Assembly: GCA_964588165.1 (NCBI GenBank)
Contig: CAZPMS010000004.1
Location: 32,019-96,018 of the forward strand
From: an uncultured Gammaproteobacteria bacterium
GTDB taxonomy: Bacteria > Patescibacteriota > Patescibacteriia > UBA1558 > UBA10009
Length of the DNA: 64,000 bases
Direction of reading: 5' to 3'
Position numbers and translations under genes: made by a program. The notes below the pieces were generated by a model. The model did no database searches. It had not been told where the DNA came from and was given only the letters and a program-made list of their open reading frames with translations. The first letter of the stretch is position 1. Each line of letters opens with the position of its first letter. Shown here piece after piece: positions 37,617-46,005 of this stretch.

Positions 37617-39065
37617 TTAAGTAATTTTTTTTATGGTACCTTGCTCAGCATCAACTTCAACTTTATCATTATCTTTTAAAACTAAATGGACATTAGGAAC
37701 ACCAACAATACAGGGTACTCTTAATTCTCTAGAAACAATAGCTGCGTGGGAAGTAATACCGCCCAGCTCGGTAATGATAGCGCTGGCCATTCTCATAATC
37801 GGCACATAATCTATACAGGTTGATTCAGAAACTAAAATATCACCTTTCTTAAACTTTTTTAAATCACTGATACTTTTAATTATTTTTACTTTTCCATTAA
37901 CTTTGCCAATCGAAGCACAGATTCCTCTTAAACGATTGCCTTTAGATTTTGCCGGTCGTTCGTAATTATTTTTAAATAAATTTTGTACTTCTTTACCTGA
38001 ATATACTTCCTTATTCTTTATATCACTAAAAAATAATGATGCTTTTTGACGATCTTTTATCTCCGAAGTAAATACAACATCATTTACAATAACGTCTGAA
38101 ACTTCTTCTTGGGTTAAATATCTCATATTATATAAAGAAAGCCCTGTTCTCTTAGTTATTTCTTTAACTACATTCTTTAATAAATAAGTACCTAAACTAA
38201 CCATGGTCTCTGATTCATTACGAATAAAGGCAATCTCCTGCATTAACTGGGGCCAATCGCTTTTTTGAGGAAATTTATTTAAAACTTTTTTAATGCCTTC
38301 CTTTTGCTTAGTTGGATATTCTAAAATTTCTTTTTTAAGATTTTCTAAATTCTTATTTTTTGCTAATTTTTTAAATTCGGAGATTGCATATTTTTTATCC
38401 CAGCTTGGACCAAACAAAAATACCGGTAGCCAACCAAAATTATAAAGATATTTATTTATCTCTTTTTCTACGTCCGAAGTTATTTTTTTTGCTTTCTTAT
38501 ACTTTATGGCCAGATCAATTAAAGCTATTTCATCTAATTGAGTAGAGGTTAAGCTGACAGGGGTTGTTAAAATAGTTCTATATTCATTAAACTTAGCAGT
38601 CTCTTTTATTTTGCTAAGTTGATTTTTTATGTATTTTTCTAATTCCTTAAGATAAAACCGTTCGCCAACCATGCAATGCTGATCAAAAGGCGTTGCTTGA
38701 TGTATTAAATCAATAATTTCTCTGAATTCTTTATTTAACAACTTATCATTTAAATTATTAAATGATTTATTCTGCTTTAAAAGAAGCTTTTGTTTAACCT
38801 TTTTAAAAACTGGATAAAATTTGTTTAGATTATTCAATAATTTCTGTTTAGAAAAAGAATTAATGTTTTTTTCAACCTGTCGTAAATATTTTTTACTAAT
38901 ATATAAATACTCTTTATCTTGAATCACAAAAACAGCTACTTCTTTATCTTCACTAAAGTGCCTTTTCAAATTCTTGTTTACCGCCGGATCATACCACAAT
39001 AAATTATCAAGTAATAAAATATTATTCCATTCGCCAAAATATTTGTAATCTAAAATTTTTTTCAT
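37617..39065 (-). CDS. Variable domain + phospho-His swivel domain, paralog 3
   Basis: FGWLPVFLFGP, TELGGITSHAAIVSRE; ATGA overlap with the upstream paralog. Confidence 0.9.
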   Translation of the reverse strand: MKKILDYKYFGEWNNILLLDNLLWYDPAVNKNLKRHFSEDKEVAVFVIQDKEYLYISKKYLRQVEKNINSFSKQKLLNNLNKFYPVFKKVKQKLLLKQNKSFNNLNDKLLNKEFREIIDLIHQATPFDQHCMVGERFYLKELEKYIKNQLSKIKETAKFNEYRTILTTPVSLTSTQLDEIALIDLAIKYKKAKKITSDVEKEINKYLYNFGWLPVFLFGPSWDKKYAISEFKKLAKNKNLENLKKEILEYPTKQKEGIKKVLNKFPQKSDWPQLMQEIAFIRNESETMVSLGTYLLKNVVKEITKRTGLSLYNMRYLTQEEVSDVIVNDVVFTSEIKDRQKASLFFSDIKNKEVYSGKEVQNLFKNNYERPAKSKGNRLRGICASIGKVNGKVKIIKSISDLKKFKKGDILVSESTCIDYVPIMRMASAIITELGGITSHAAIVSRELRVPCIVGVPNVHLVLKDNDKVEVDAEQGTIKKIT

Positions 39066-40564
39066 ATTTTTTTTACTAGACCTTTAGTAGCGTCAACTTC
39101 AATTTGATCACCGTCTTTTAAGATTTTTGTACCTATTTTAGTACCCACTACACAAGGAATATTAAATTCCCGGCTAATAATGGCGGCATGGCAGGTTAGA
39201 CCGCCTTCATCGGCCACTATGGCTACTGCCTTCCTTATGGCCGGAACAATTGATGGGGTGGTAGCCGTGGAAACTAAAATGTCGCCCTCCTGCATTTTAG
39301 GCATATCATCCGGCATATCTACCCGCCTAACTATTCCTTTTGCTTTGCCGGGATATGCTGATTGGCCCTCTATTTCTTTTAAATCCTTTATCTCAATTTT
39401 TTCTTCTTCTAAATTTTCTTGTTGCCATTTGGCTGCTTCTTTGCCCTGATAGAGCTTTGCGCCGTCCCCTTCCGGCACAACAATGTGGAATTTCTGGCGT
39501 TCATTTATTAAATCTATATTTACTTCTTTACCATTTAAAGCAGCATCTATTTCTTCTACAGTGGCTGACCTAACTTGGCCAACAGACCAACCTAAACGTT
39601 TGCCAATTTCTTTTTGTAAAAATTCTATATGATAATATGATTTTGATTGGTAATCTTTCCTTCTAGGCTTTAAATAAACAACTTTAGAGGCAATTTCCAC
39701 ATAACTTTTTTCTTTCTCCGATAAATTCATTTTTGAAAAATATCCATCTCTCTCTTTAAGCAAATTATTTCTTTCTTTATTAAGTTGTGATAATTTTTCT
39801 TCAGCTTTAATGCCCTTTTGATAATAAAATTTTAAGGTTTCTATAAAATCAAAGTCAGTAGCTGCTGGTCCGCTATATACATAAAAAACCCAAGCATATT
39901 TTTTTGTATGTTGTTCTACTTTTTTGTAAACCCCGGGTTCTTTCTGCTTCAATAGTAATAAAACCTGGCTCGTTTCTTTTTTTAAGATTGTTTTATTTTT
40001 TAATTTTTGATAAATCTTTAAGATTGATTTTTCCTGCTCAATGGCAAAAGAATCTTCTATAGGCTGAGTGAATATTGAAAAAGCTTTGCTTACTTCATCT
40101 TTATTTAATTTAGATTGTAAAATTGAAGTTAATTTATCTTCAACATAATGATATTCTTGGAAGTCTAAATAAGGGATCATTACGCCATAAGCATATTCCA
40201 GACCATTTAATTCACCATGTTTTTGATAAGCTTTAACTATTTTTTTATTGGAATACTTAGATAAATCATCAGTTACAAATTTTTCTGTAAAACTATTCAT
40301 CTCTTTACCATGCTTAACCGAATCATCTAAAATTTTATTCAAAACATTAATATCTTCATCAACCATTTTTGATAATTTCTCATACCCATCTTTCCAAGTA
40401 TCAGCAATAACCAAATAATCTATTTTTTTAGTATTACTTCTAATACCTACTAATACTTGTGGGATGCCAAATATTTTTGGCTGACTTGTTAAACCAAGTG
40501 TCCAAATATAGTTTCGCCAGAATGGTGAATTATAATCACTGGCAATTTTTGACCATTTTCTCAT
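39062..40564 (-). CDS. Variable domain + phospho-His swivel domain, paralog 2
   Basis: HTKKYAWVFYVYSGP, KPRRK, ADEGGLTCHAAIISRE. Confidence 0.9.
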   Translation of the reverse strand: MRKWSKIASDYNSPFWRNYIWTLGLTSQPKIFGIPQVLVGIRSNTKKIDYLVIADTWKDGYEKLSKMVDEDINVLNKILDDSVKHGKEMNSFTEKFVTDDLSKYSNKKIVKAYQKHGELNGLEYAYGVMIPYLDFQEYHYVEDKLTSILQSKLNKDEVSKAFSIFTQPIEDSFAIEQEKSILKIYQKLKNKTILKKETSQVLLLLKQKEPGVYKKVEQHTKKYAWVFYVYSGPAATDFDFIETLKFYYQKGIKAEEKLSQLNKERNNLLKERDGYFSKMNLSEKEKSYVEIASKVVYLKPRRKDYQSKSYYHIEFLQKEIGKRLGWSVGQVRSATVEEIDAALNGKEVNIDLINERQKFHIVVPEGDGAKLYQGKEAAKWQQENLEEEKIEIKDLKEIEGQSAYPGKAKGIVRRVDMPDDMPKMQEGDILVSTATTPSIVPAIRKAVAIVADEGGLTCHAAIISREFNIPCVVGTKIGTKILKDGDQIEVDATKGLVKKI

Positions 40565-40565
40565 A

Positions 40566-40804
40566 CACTACTAATTTACAAATTTTTTACTAATATACTA
40601 ATCTACGAATGTACAAATAATTACCAATATACGAATTTGATGCTTTTAAATATAAATGATAATTTTCGTATATTCGTTATAAACTTCATACAGAATACCA
40701 ATAATCTTATAACTTAATTTAGGATAAATTAAATCGCTTTTCATAATTTTTTAATTAATTATTATATTTTATTTGTATATTCGTACAAATTAGTAATTCG
40801 TAGT
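40566..40804 (-). mobile_element. tactaat/attcgta inverted element enclosing a GxxExxY gene relic
   Basis: Same arms as the three empty copies, flanking ORF 40646-40744. Confidence 0.6.
40646..40744 (-). pseudogene. Truncated GxxExxY-family (PD-(D/E)xK-like) gene remnant
   Basis: Manual translation MKSDLIYPKLSYKIIGILYEVYNE-YTKIIIYI*; resembles the GxxExxY N-terminus and breaks just before the G-x-x-E-x-x-Y motif. Confidence 0.65.
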
Positions 40805-42258
40805 TATATTTTTTTAACTATCCCTTTAATGGCGTCTATCTCTACCCTGTCACCATCTTTTAAAATCCTGGTTATGCCATTTATCCCAACTACGCAGGGC
40901 ACGCCAAGCTCCCGGCTAACAATGGCAGCGTGTGATAATAAGCCGCCCATTTCGGTAACAATGCCTGCGGCTTTTTCCATAGCCGGCACAAATGATGGCA
41001 CAGTGGCTTCGGCTACCATAATATTTCCTTTTTTAACTCGTGAAATATCGGCCACCGATTTAAAAATTACTACCCTGCCTTTGGATTTTCCCAAACTGGC
41101 ACACTGACCAATCAGTATTTCTTTAGGCTCTACTTTTTCTTGGCCGATTTCTTTATTAAATAAATCCTTAGCACCTTTGCCAGTAACGATTTTTATTCCC
41201 CCTTTCTTAATAATTGAAGTGCTGTCTTTATCTCTTTCTATTAACTCTTTTTTAAATTGTTTTGTAGCCTTCTTTTTTAATTTTAAAAGTTCCATTATTT
41301 CATCTATGGTAGCTTCGATTAATTCATTATATAAAAGGCCTGTTTTTTTAGCCATATATTTTAGTAAAGGCAGGCTTTTATAAGCATAATAATTATGGAC
41401 TTCATCAAACATATTAGTGCTATAGGCCATCTCTTTCATTAATTTAACCAGTTTTTTTTCGTAGGCAGTGAATTTATATTTTTTTATTATTTTTTGTGAA
41501 AATAAATCAGCCCGCTTTAAATGTTGAATCTTTTTTAATTCTTCTTGCCAATTATCTTTTAACCGCTGCCTAAGCCTTTTAAATACATCGGCTTCTTGCC
41601 AAGGCTGGCCTCTAAAATAGTACATACCCATAAAGGCATATTTTTGAAGGTGTTTTTTAATTTCTTTTTTTACTGCATCTGATTCTATTTTTAATTTATT
41701 AACCTTGATTTTTTTAACAAGCTTTAACAAGTCTAATTTTTCTTGCTGGATTACTGAAAGTTTTTTAGCTTGGCTTAATATTTCAAAATCAGCAAAAGGA
41801 TTTTTTGATTTATTTTTTTCTAGGGCTGTTAAAATTTTATCAGCGATTGGTTGGTTTAAAAAATAATAGTTATAACTGTACTGGATGGCTAAAATAATAT
41901 CTGCCGACCATTTTTTTAAAAAATTTTCCAAATTAAATTCGTTAAAGCCTTTTTTTGGAATTTTATCTACAAAAACCTTCATCCTTTCCAAAACCTGCTG
42001 ATGAAACCTGTATTCCTTTAATAAAACCTCGGGCTTATTTTTTAAAAGACGTTGCAGTTTACTAATATGCTTATCCAGTTCAGCTTTTAAAAAATAGCGG
42101 TTGCCTCCCCCCTGAAACCAGGAGCTGCCAGCCAGTTGTGACGGAGTTAATTTAGTAATTTTTTTTGGAGCCAAGCCTTTGCCTAAAATACTAACAAAAA
42201 AAAGTTCAAAATTTTTGCCTTTTTTTGAAATTAATTTCCATTTATTTTTTTGCGCCAT
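40804..42258 (-). CDS. Variable domain + phospho-His swivel domain, paralog 1
   Basis: Start MAQKNKW at 42258; HLQKYAFMGMYYFRG, TEMGGLLSHAAIVSRE. Confidence 0.9.
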   Translation of the reverse strand: MAQKNKWKLISKKGKNFELFFVSILGKGLAPKKITKLTPSQLAGSSWFQGGGNRYFLKAELDKHISKLQRLLKNKPEVLLKEYRFHQQVLERMKVFVDKIPKKGFNEFNLENFLKKWSADIILAIQYSYNYYFLNQPIADKILTALEKNKSKNPFADFEILSQAKKLSVIQQEKLDLLKLVKKIKVNKLKIESDAVKKEIKKHLQKYAFMGMYYFRGQPWQEADVFKRLRQRLKDNWQEELKKIQHLKRADLFSQKIIKKYKFTAYEKKLVKLMKEMAYSTNMFDEVHNYYAYKSLPLLKYMAKKTGLLYNELIEATIDEIMELLKLKKKATKQFKKELIERDKDSTSIIKKGGIKIVTGKGAKDLFNKEIGQEKVEPKEILIGQCASLGKSKGRVVIFKSVADISRVKKGNIMVAEATVPSFVPAMEKAAGIVTEMGGLLSHAAIVSRELGVPCVVGINGITRILKDGDRVEIDAIKGIVKKI

Positions 42259-42259
42259 T

Positions 42260-43456
42260 TTACTTTTTATTAAAAACAAAAATTTCCCTTAAAACCGTTT
42301 GGCCTGCCCTGGAGTAAGTAATTGACCCACGCGGTTCTTTTGAGAGCGGATCAACTTCAAAGCCTAAGGCTTTTATTTTATCTACAATACTCAAATACTG
42401 ATTATTAATGACCGGAAAAACCATTACTACCTTCCCTTCTTCCTTTAAAACCTGATAAAAAGCCCTAAAAGATTTTAAGTATAAATCCGAAAGTTCGGCA
42501 ATTACGCCTTTAGCTTGGTTAAGCTGTAATTTATTTGGCGGGCCTAAAAAAGGTTCGGTAATGATTATATCAACTGAGTTAGGCTCTAACATGTCCAACA
42601 AATCAATAACATCCAGTTGAAAAATTTTAATATCGGAAATATCTAAATTATATTTTGTCTGAAGCCAATTAATATTATTTTGGGTAAACTCTACCGCTTT
42701 TTGGGAAATATCCGAACCTATTATATTTTTATAACCCAACAAAAGAGCCTCCTGAATAACGGTGCCTGATCCGCAAAAAGGATCTAAAATTATTTTATCT
42801 AAATCTGCCTGTGATAGATTAATCATCATTCTGGCTAGCTTAGGCGGCAACATGCCTGACTTATCATCACGCGTAGGCCTGCCGTAATCCCGTTTAGAAA
42901 ATCCTTTAAAATCCTGAACCGAAACAGTATAGCCCAAATAAAAGCCTTCTGGCACTTTTATAATTAATAAATCAATGCCTTGATCTATTAACTTTTCTTT
43001 TTTAACAATAACAGAAGACAGGTTTTTTTCTTTAGAAACAACAAATCTGGATTTGATTCTTTTATCCTTTAATTTCTTTTTTATATCTAAACCTAATTTT
43101 TTAAAATCATTCTGGTTTATTTCGCCAAATAAACTAAAGCCAAATTGAAATTTTTTATTTTTATTTATCTTTAAAGCCCTTGGCCTATGCAAAATAGCCT
43201 CTTCAATTTCTTTATTTATATTTTGGCTTAAAACCAAATCCTCTATTTTTGAAATTTTAATGGTGCCGCCTAACTGCTCCTGAAGCTTGATGACCTCCAA
43301 CTTCTTTTCCAGCTCAATAATAAAAAGCTTCTTAGAATAAAAAAGTTCGGTAAATTTAATTTTCTTGGCCTCTAAAATTTTAACAATTTCTACCCTGGAA
43401 AAAGCCGGCGCTCTGCCTAAAATAAAGGCATATTTTTCTTTATTTCTGGTAAACAT
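42260..43456 (-). CDS. TRM11/TrmG10-like SAM-dependent RNA methyltransferase
   Basis: RDYGRP...GMLPPKLARMMINL, LDPFCGSGT, ITEPFLGP. Confidence 0.8.
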   Translation of the reverse strand: MFTRNKEKYAFILGRAPAFSRVEIVKILEAKKIKFTELFYSKKLFIIELEKKLEVIKLQEQLGGTIKISKIEDLVLSQNINKEIEEAILHRPRALKINKNKKFQFGFSLFGEINQNDFKKLGLDIKKKLKDKRIKSRFVVSKEKNLSSVIVKKEKLIDQGIDLLIIKVPEGFYLGYTVSVQDFKGFSKRDYGRPTRDDKSGMLPPKLARMMINLSQADLDKIILDPFCGSGTVIQEALLLGYKNIIGSDISQKAVEFTQNNINWLQTKYNLDISDIKIFQLDVIDLLDMLEPNSVDIIITEPFLGPPNKLQLNQAKGVIAELSDLYLKSFRAFYQVLKEEGKVVMVFPVINNQYLSIVDKIKALGFEVDPLSKEPRGSITYSRAGQTVLREIFVFNKK

Positions 43457-43628
43457 ATTTAATATAATTTTACCGATTTTTGGCTAAAAAGACAATATTT
43501 TTGATTCACTTGACAATTTATACAATATCTGACAAAATGGTGAAGCATTTTATTCTAATTAACCATATCGAGTTAAGCTCGATCCCTATTTACTAATCAT
43601 TAAAAAATGGGGTAATTATGAATCAATT

Positions 43629-44111
43629 ATGAAAGAACAACTTCAACATTACGAATTAACTTTGTTAATTCCCGGCGCCATAGCCGAAGACCAACACCAA
43701 ACGATTTTGAATGAGGTAAAAAGCCTCTTAGAAAAAAACAATGCCCAAATAACGGCCACTGAAGAATTGGGCAGAAGAAAATTAGCCTATGCCATAAAAC
43801 AATTAAGGCATGGTTTTTATTTTATCTTTGAATTTAACCTGATGGCTAAAGACCTTAAAGTTGTAGAAAAAGACCTTAAGCTTAACAATAATATTTTAAG
43901 GTTTATGGCTGTTAAAAAACATGAAAAAACAGAGGAGGAAATTACTAAGGAAGAAAAAATAAAAGCCTCTAAAGTTAAAGAACAGCTTAAACAGCAAAAA
44001 GAAGCAGTGGCAGCCAAGGAACAGCCTAAAGAGAAAGCAGCCAAGCCTAAAGTCAGCCTTGAAGACTTGGATAAAAAATTAGATGAATTATTAGACGACA
44101 AAGTCATCTAA
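43629..44111 (+). CDS. rpsF: 30S ribosomal protein S6
   Basis: YELTLL, GRRKLAYAI, ILRF; rpsF-ssb-rpsR synteny. Confidence 0.93.
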   Translation: MKEQLQHYELTLLIPGAIAEDQHQTILNEVKSLLEKNNAQITATEELGRRKLAYAIKQLRHGFYFIFEFNLMAKDLKVVEKDLKLNNNILRFMAVKKHEKTEEEITKEEKIKASKVKEQLKQQKEAVAAKEQPKEKAAKPKVSLEDLDKKLDELLDDKVI

Positions 44112-44142
44112 TTAAATTATTAATTATTAATCATCAAATTAT

Positions 44143-44613
44143 ATGGACCTAAATAAAGCAATGGTAATTGGCAACTTAACAAGAGACCCAGAGGTAAGAA
44201 CCACACCTTCTGGATTACAGGTTGTAAGTTTTTCTGTGGCTACCAATTTAGTTTGGACAGACCAATCAGGACAAAAACAGGAAAAGGCAGAATTCCACAA
44301 TATAGTTGCCTGGAGAAAACTGGCTGAAATTATTGGCCAATATCTAAAAAAGGGCAGTAAAATTTATATAGAAGGTAGACTCCAAACTAGAAACTGGGAT
44401 GATAAAGAAACCGGCAAAAAAATGTATAGAACAGAAATTGTAGCAGATAATATGATTATGCTTGATAGAGCTAAAGCCTCTGGTGAGCATGGCCAAACTG
44501 CCTCGCCTTCTGAACAGCCTGCCCCTGCTGATGACTTTTCCCAACCGGAAAAAAAAGTGGAAAATAATGCTCCGGCTGAAGAAGAAATAAACGTGGAAGA
44601 TATTCCTTTCTAA
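44143..44613 (+). CDS. ssb: Single-stranded DNA-binding protein
   Basis: NKAMVIGNLTRDPE, EGRLQTR, C-terminal DIPF. Confidence 0.96.
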   Translation: MDLNKAMVIGNLTRDPEVRTTPSGLQVVSFSVATNLVWTDQSGQKQEKAEFHNIVAWRKLAEIIGQYLKKGSKIYIEGRLQTRNWDDKETGKKMYRTEIVADNMIMLDRAKASGEHGQTASPSEQPAPADDFSQPEKKVENNAPAEEEINVEDIPF

Positions 44614-44687
44614 CTAACTCAATTAAGGATGCGAGAATACTAGTTTACTAACCTCCTAGCATCCTAAAAATAATTTATACACACTAT

Positions 44688-44918
44688 ATGACTAAATCAA
44701 AAAATTTACTTAATAAAGAAAGATATTGCTATTTTTGCGTTAATTCTGTTAAAGAAATTGACTATAAGAGCTGGCAAGTACTCCAACGGTTTGTTTCTTC
44801 TTATGGTAAAATTGTTCCCCGAAGAAGAAGCGGAGTTTGCTCTAGCCACCAAAGGCAATTGGCTAAAGCAATAAAGCGAGCCAGGATTATGGCTTTCTTG
44901 CCTTTTAGTACCAGATAA
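44688..44918 (+). CDS. rpsR: 30S ribosomal protein S18 (Zn-binding type)
   Basis: CYFC, IDYK, GKIVPRR..GVC..HQR.LAKAIKRAR. Confidence 0.95.
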   Translation: MTKSKNLLNKERYCYFCVNSVKEIDYKSWQVLQRFVSSYGKIVPRRRSGVCSSHQRQLAKAIKRARIMAFLPFSTR

Positions 44919-44949
44919 AATCTTAAAAACTTAATATTGAAAAGCGACT

Positions 44950-45240
44950 ATGGGAAGACAGTATTATGTTTATATTATAACTAATAAGTATAATACTGTT
45001 TTATATACAGGGGTAACTAATGATTTATCAAGAAGGATTTGGGAACACAAACATAATATTAAATCTCATAGTTTTACTTCAAAATATAATCTTAATAAAT
45101 TAATTTATTCAGAAAATCATTCATCTATATTAGAAGCTATTGATAGAGAAAAATAAATAAAAGGGTGGTTAAGAATAAAAAAGATTAATCTTATTAAAAC
45201 TCAAAGTCCTAAATTTAAAGAAATTCCTATAATTGATTAA
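44950..45240 (+). pseudogene. GIY-YIG nuclease with one internal TAA
   Basis: YYVYIITN..NTVLYTGVTNDL.RRIWEHK...AIDREK*IKGWLRIKKINLIK to TAA 45240; stop replaces the expected Gln of REKQIK. Confidence 0.85.
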
Positions 45241-45253
45241 ATTTTCCTCTTTA

Positions 45254-45359
45254 CGTCATTCTGAGCTTCGCGAAGAATCCCATTATTCCGGTGCGTTACT
45301 AGCTCAATGAGATCCTTCCTGCCTGCCGGCAGGCAGGCGGCTCCGCCTCGAGGATGACA
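45254..45359. repeat. GTCAT...ATGACA cruciform element, copy 4, with nested 20-bp palindrome at 45318-45337
   Basis: Directly downstream of the GIY-YIG pseudogene; inverted relative to copy 2. Confidence 0.85.
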
Positions 45360-45393
45360 TGGTGAGGAAAATTTATTTAGAAATTAAAAATCT

Positions 45394-45954
45394 ATGCTCT
45401 CTATTAACGATATTGGTTTGGGTACCATTATTTCCCATGATGGGCAACCATACCAGGTTACTTACACCCAACATGTTAAAATGGGCAGGGGCGGTGCTAA
45501 TTTAAAAACCAAATTAAAAAACTTGATTACCGGGCAAGTTTTGGAAATTACCTACTCCGGCGGTGATAAAATAGCCGAAGCTGATTTAGAACGCTCTAAG
45601 GCTAACTTTTTGTATAATGAAGGTGGTAGTTATAATTTCATGGATAATGAAAGCTATGAACAGTTCAGCTTAGATAAAAATTCCATTGGTGAACCAGCTG
45701 ACTTTTTAAAGGAGGGTGCTACTGTTGATGTTCTAATTTTTGAAAAAAAGCCGGTCAGCATTAAACTACCGGTAAAAGTAGACCTTAAAGTTACCCAAAG
45801 CCCGCCTGGCGTAAAAGGCGATACAGCCGGTTCTGCAAATAAGATTGTTACCCTGGAAACCGAAAAAGAGATAAAAGCCCCTTTATTTATAGATAAGGGT
45901 GATATTATTAAAATAAATACCGAAACTGGCGAATATGTAGAGCGGGTAAATTAA
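45394..45954 (+). CDS. efp: Elongation factor P
   Basis: HVKMGRGGA, FMDNESYEQ, PPGVKGDTA, PLFI..GD.IKINTETGEYVER. Confidence 0.95.
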   Translation: MLSINDIGLGTIISHDGQPYQVTYTQHVKMGRGGANLKTKLKNLITGQVLEITYSGGDKIAEADLERSKANFLYNEGGSYNFMDNESYEQFSLDKNSIGEPADFLKEGATVDVLIFEKKPVSIKLPVKVDLKVTQSPPGVKGDTAGSANKIVTLETEKEIKAPLFIDKGDIIKINTETGEYVERVN

Positions 45955-45966
45955 TTAAATAATTAT

Positions 45967-45998
45967 AAAAAGCGCAGTTTAATAAATGCGCCTTTTTT
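45967..45998. terminator. Bidirectional terminator
   Basis: aaaaagcgca...tgcgcctttttt between convergent genes. Confidence 0.6.
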
Positions 45999-46005
45999 AT
46001 TTAAC

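Noticed and set aside
31639-40804. CRISPR array or integron attC sites in the spacers of the paralog array
   Set aside because: No constant-length repeat/spacer pattern, no cas or integrase gene, no RYYYAAC/GTTRRRY ends; several paralogs abut or overlap with no spacer
30015-41107. Similar plus-strand ORFs (MASTSTxSPSFK...) repeated across the array
   Set aside because: Antisense shadows of the conserved swivel domain
43566-43615. S6:S18 ribosomal leader RNA upstream of rpsF
   Set aside because: Hairpins are present (tcgagttaagctcga; ccctattt/aaatgggg) but I could not match the family consensus by eye; needs an Rfam scan
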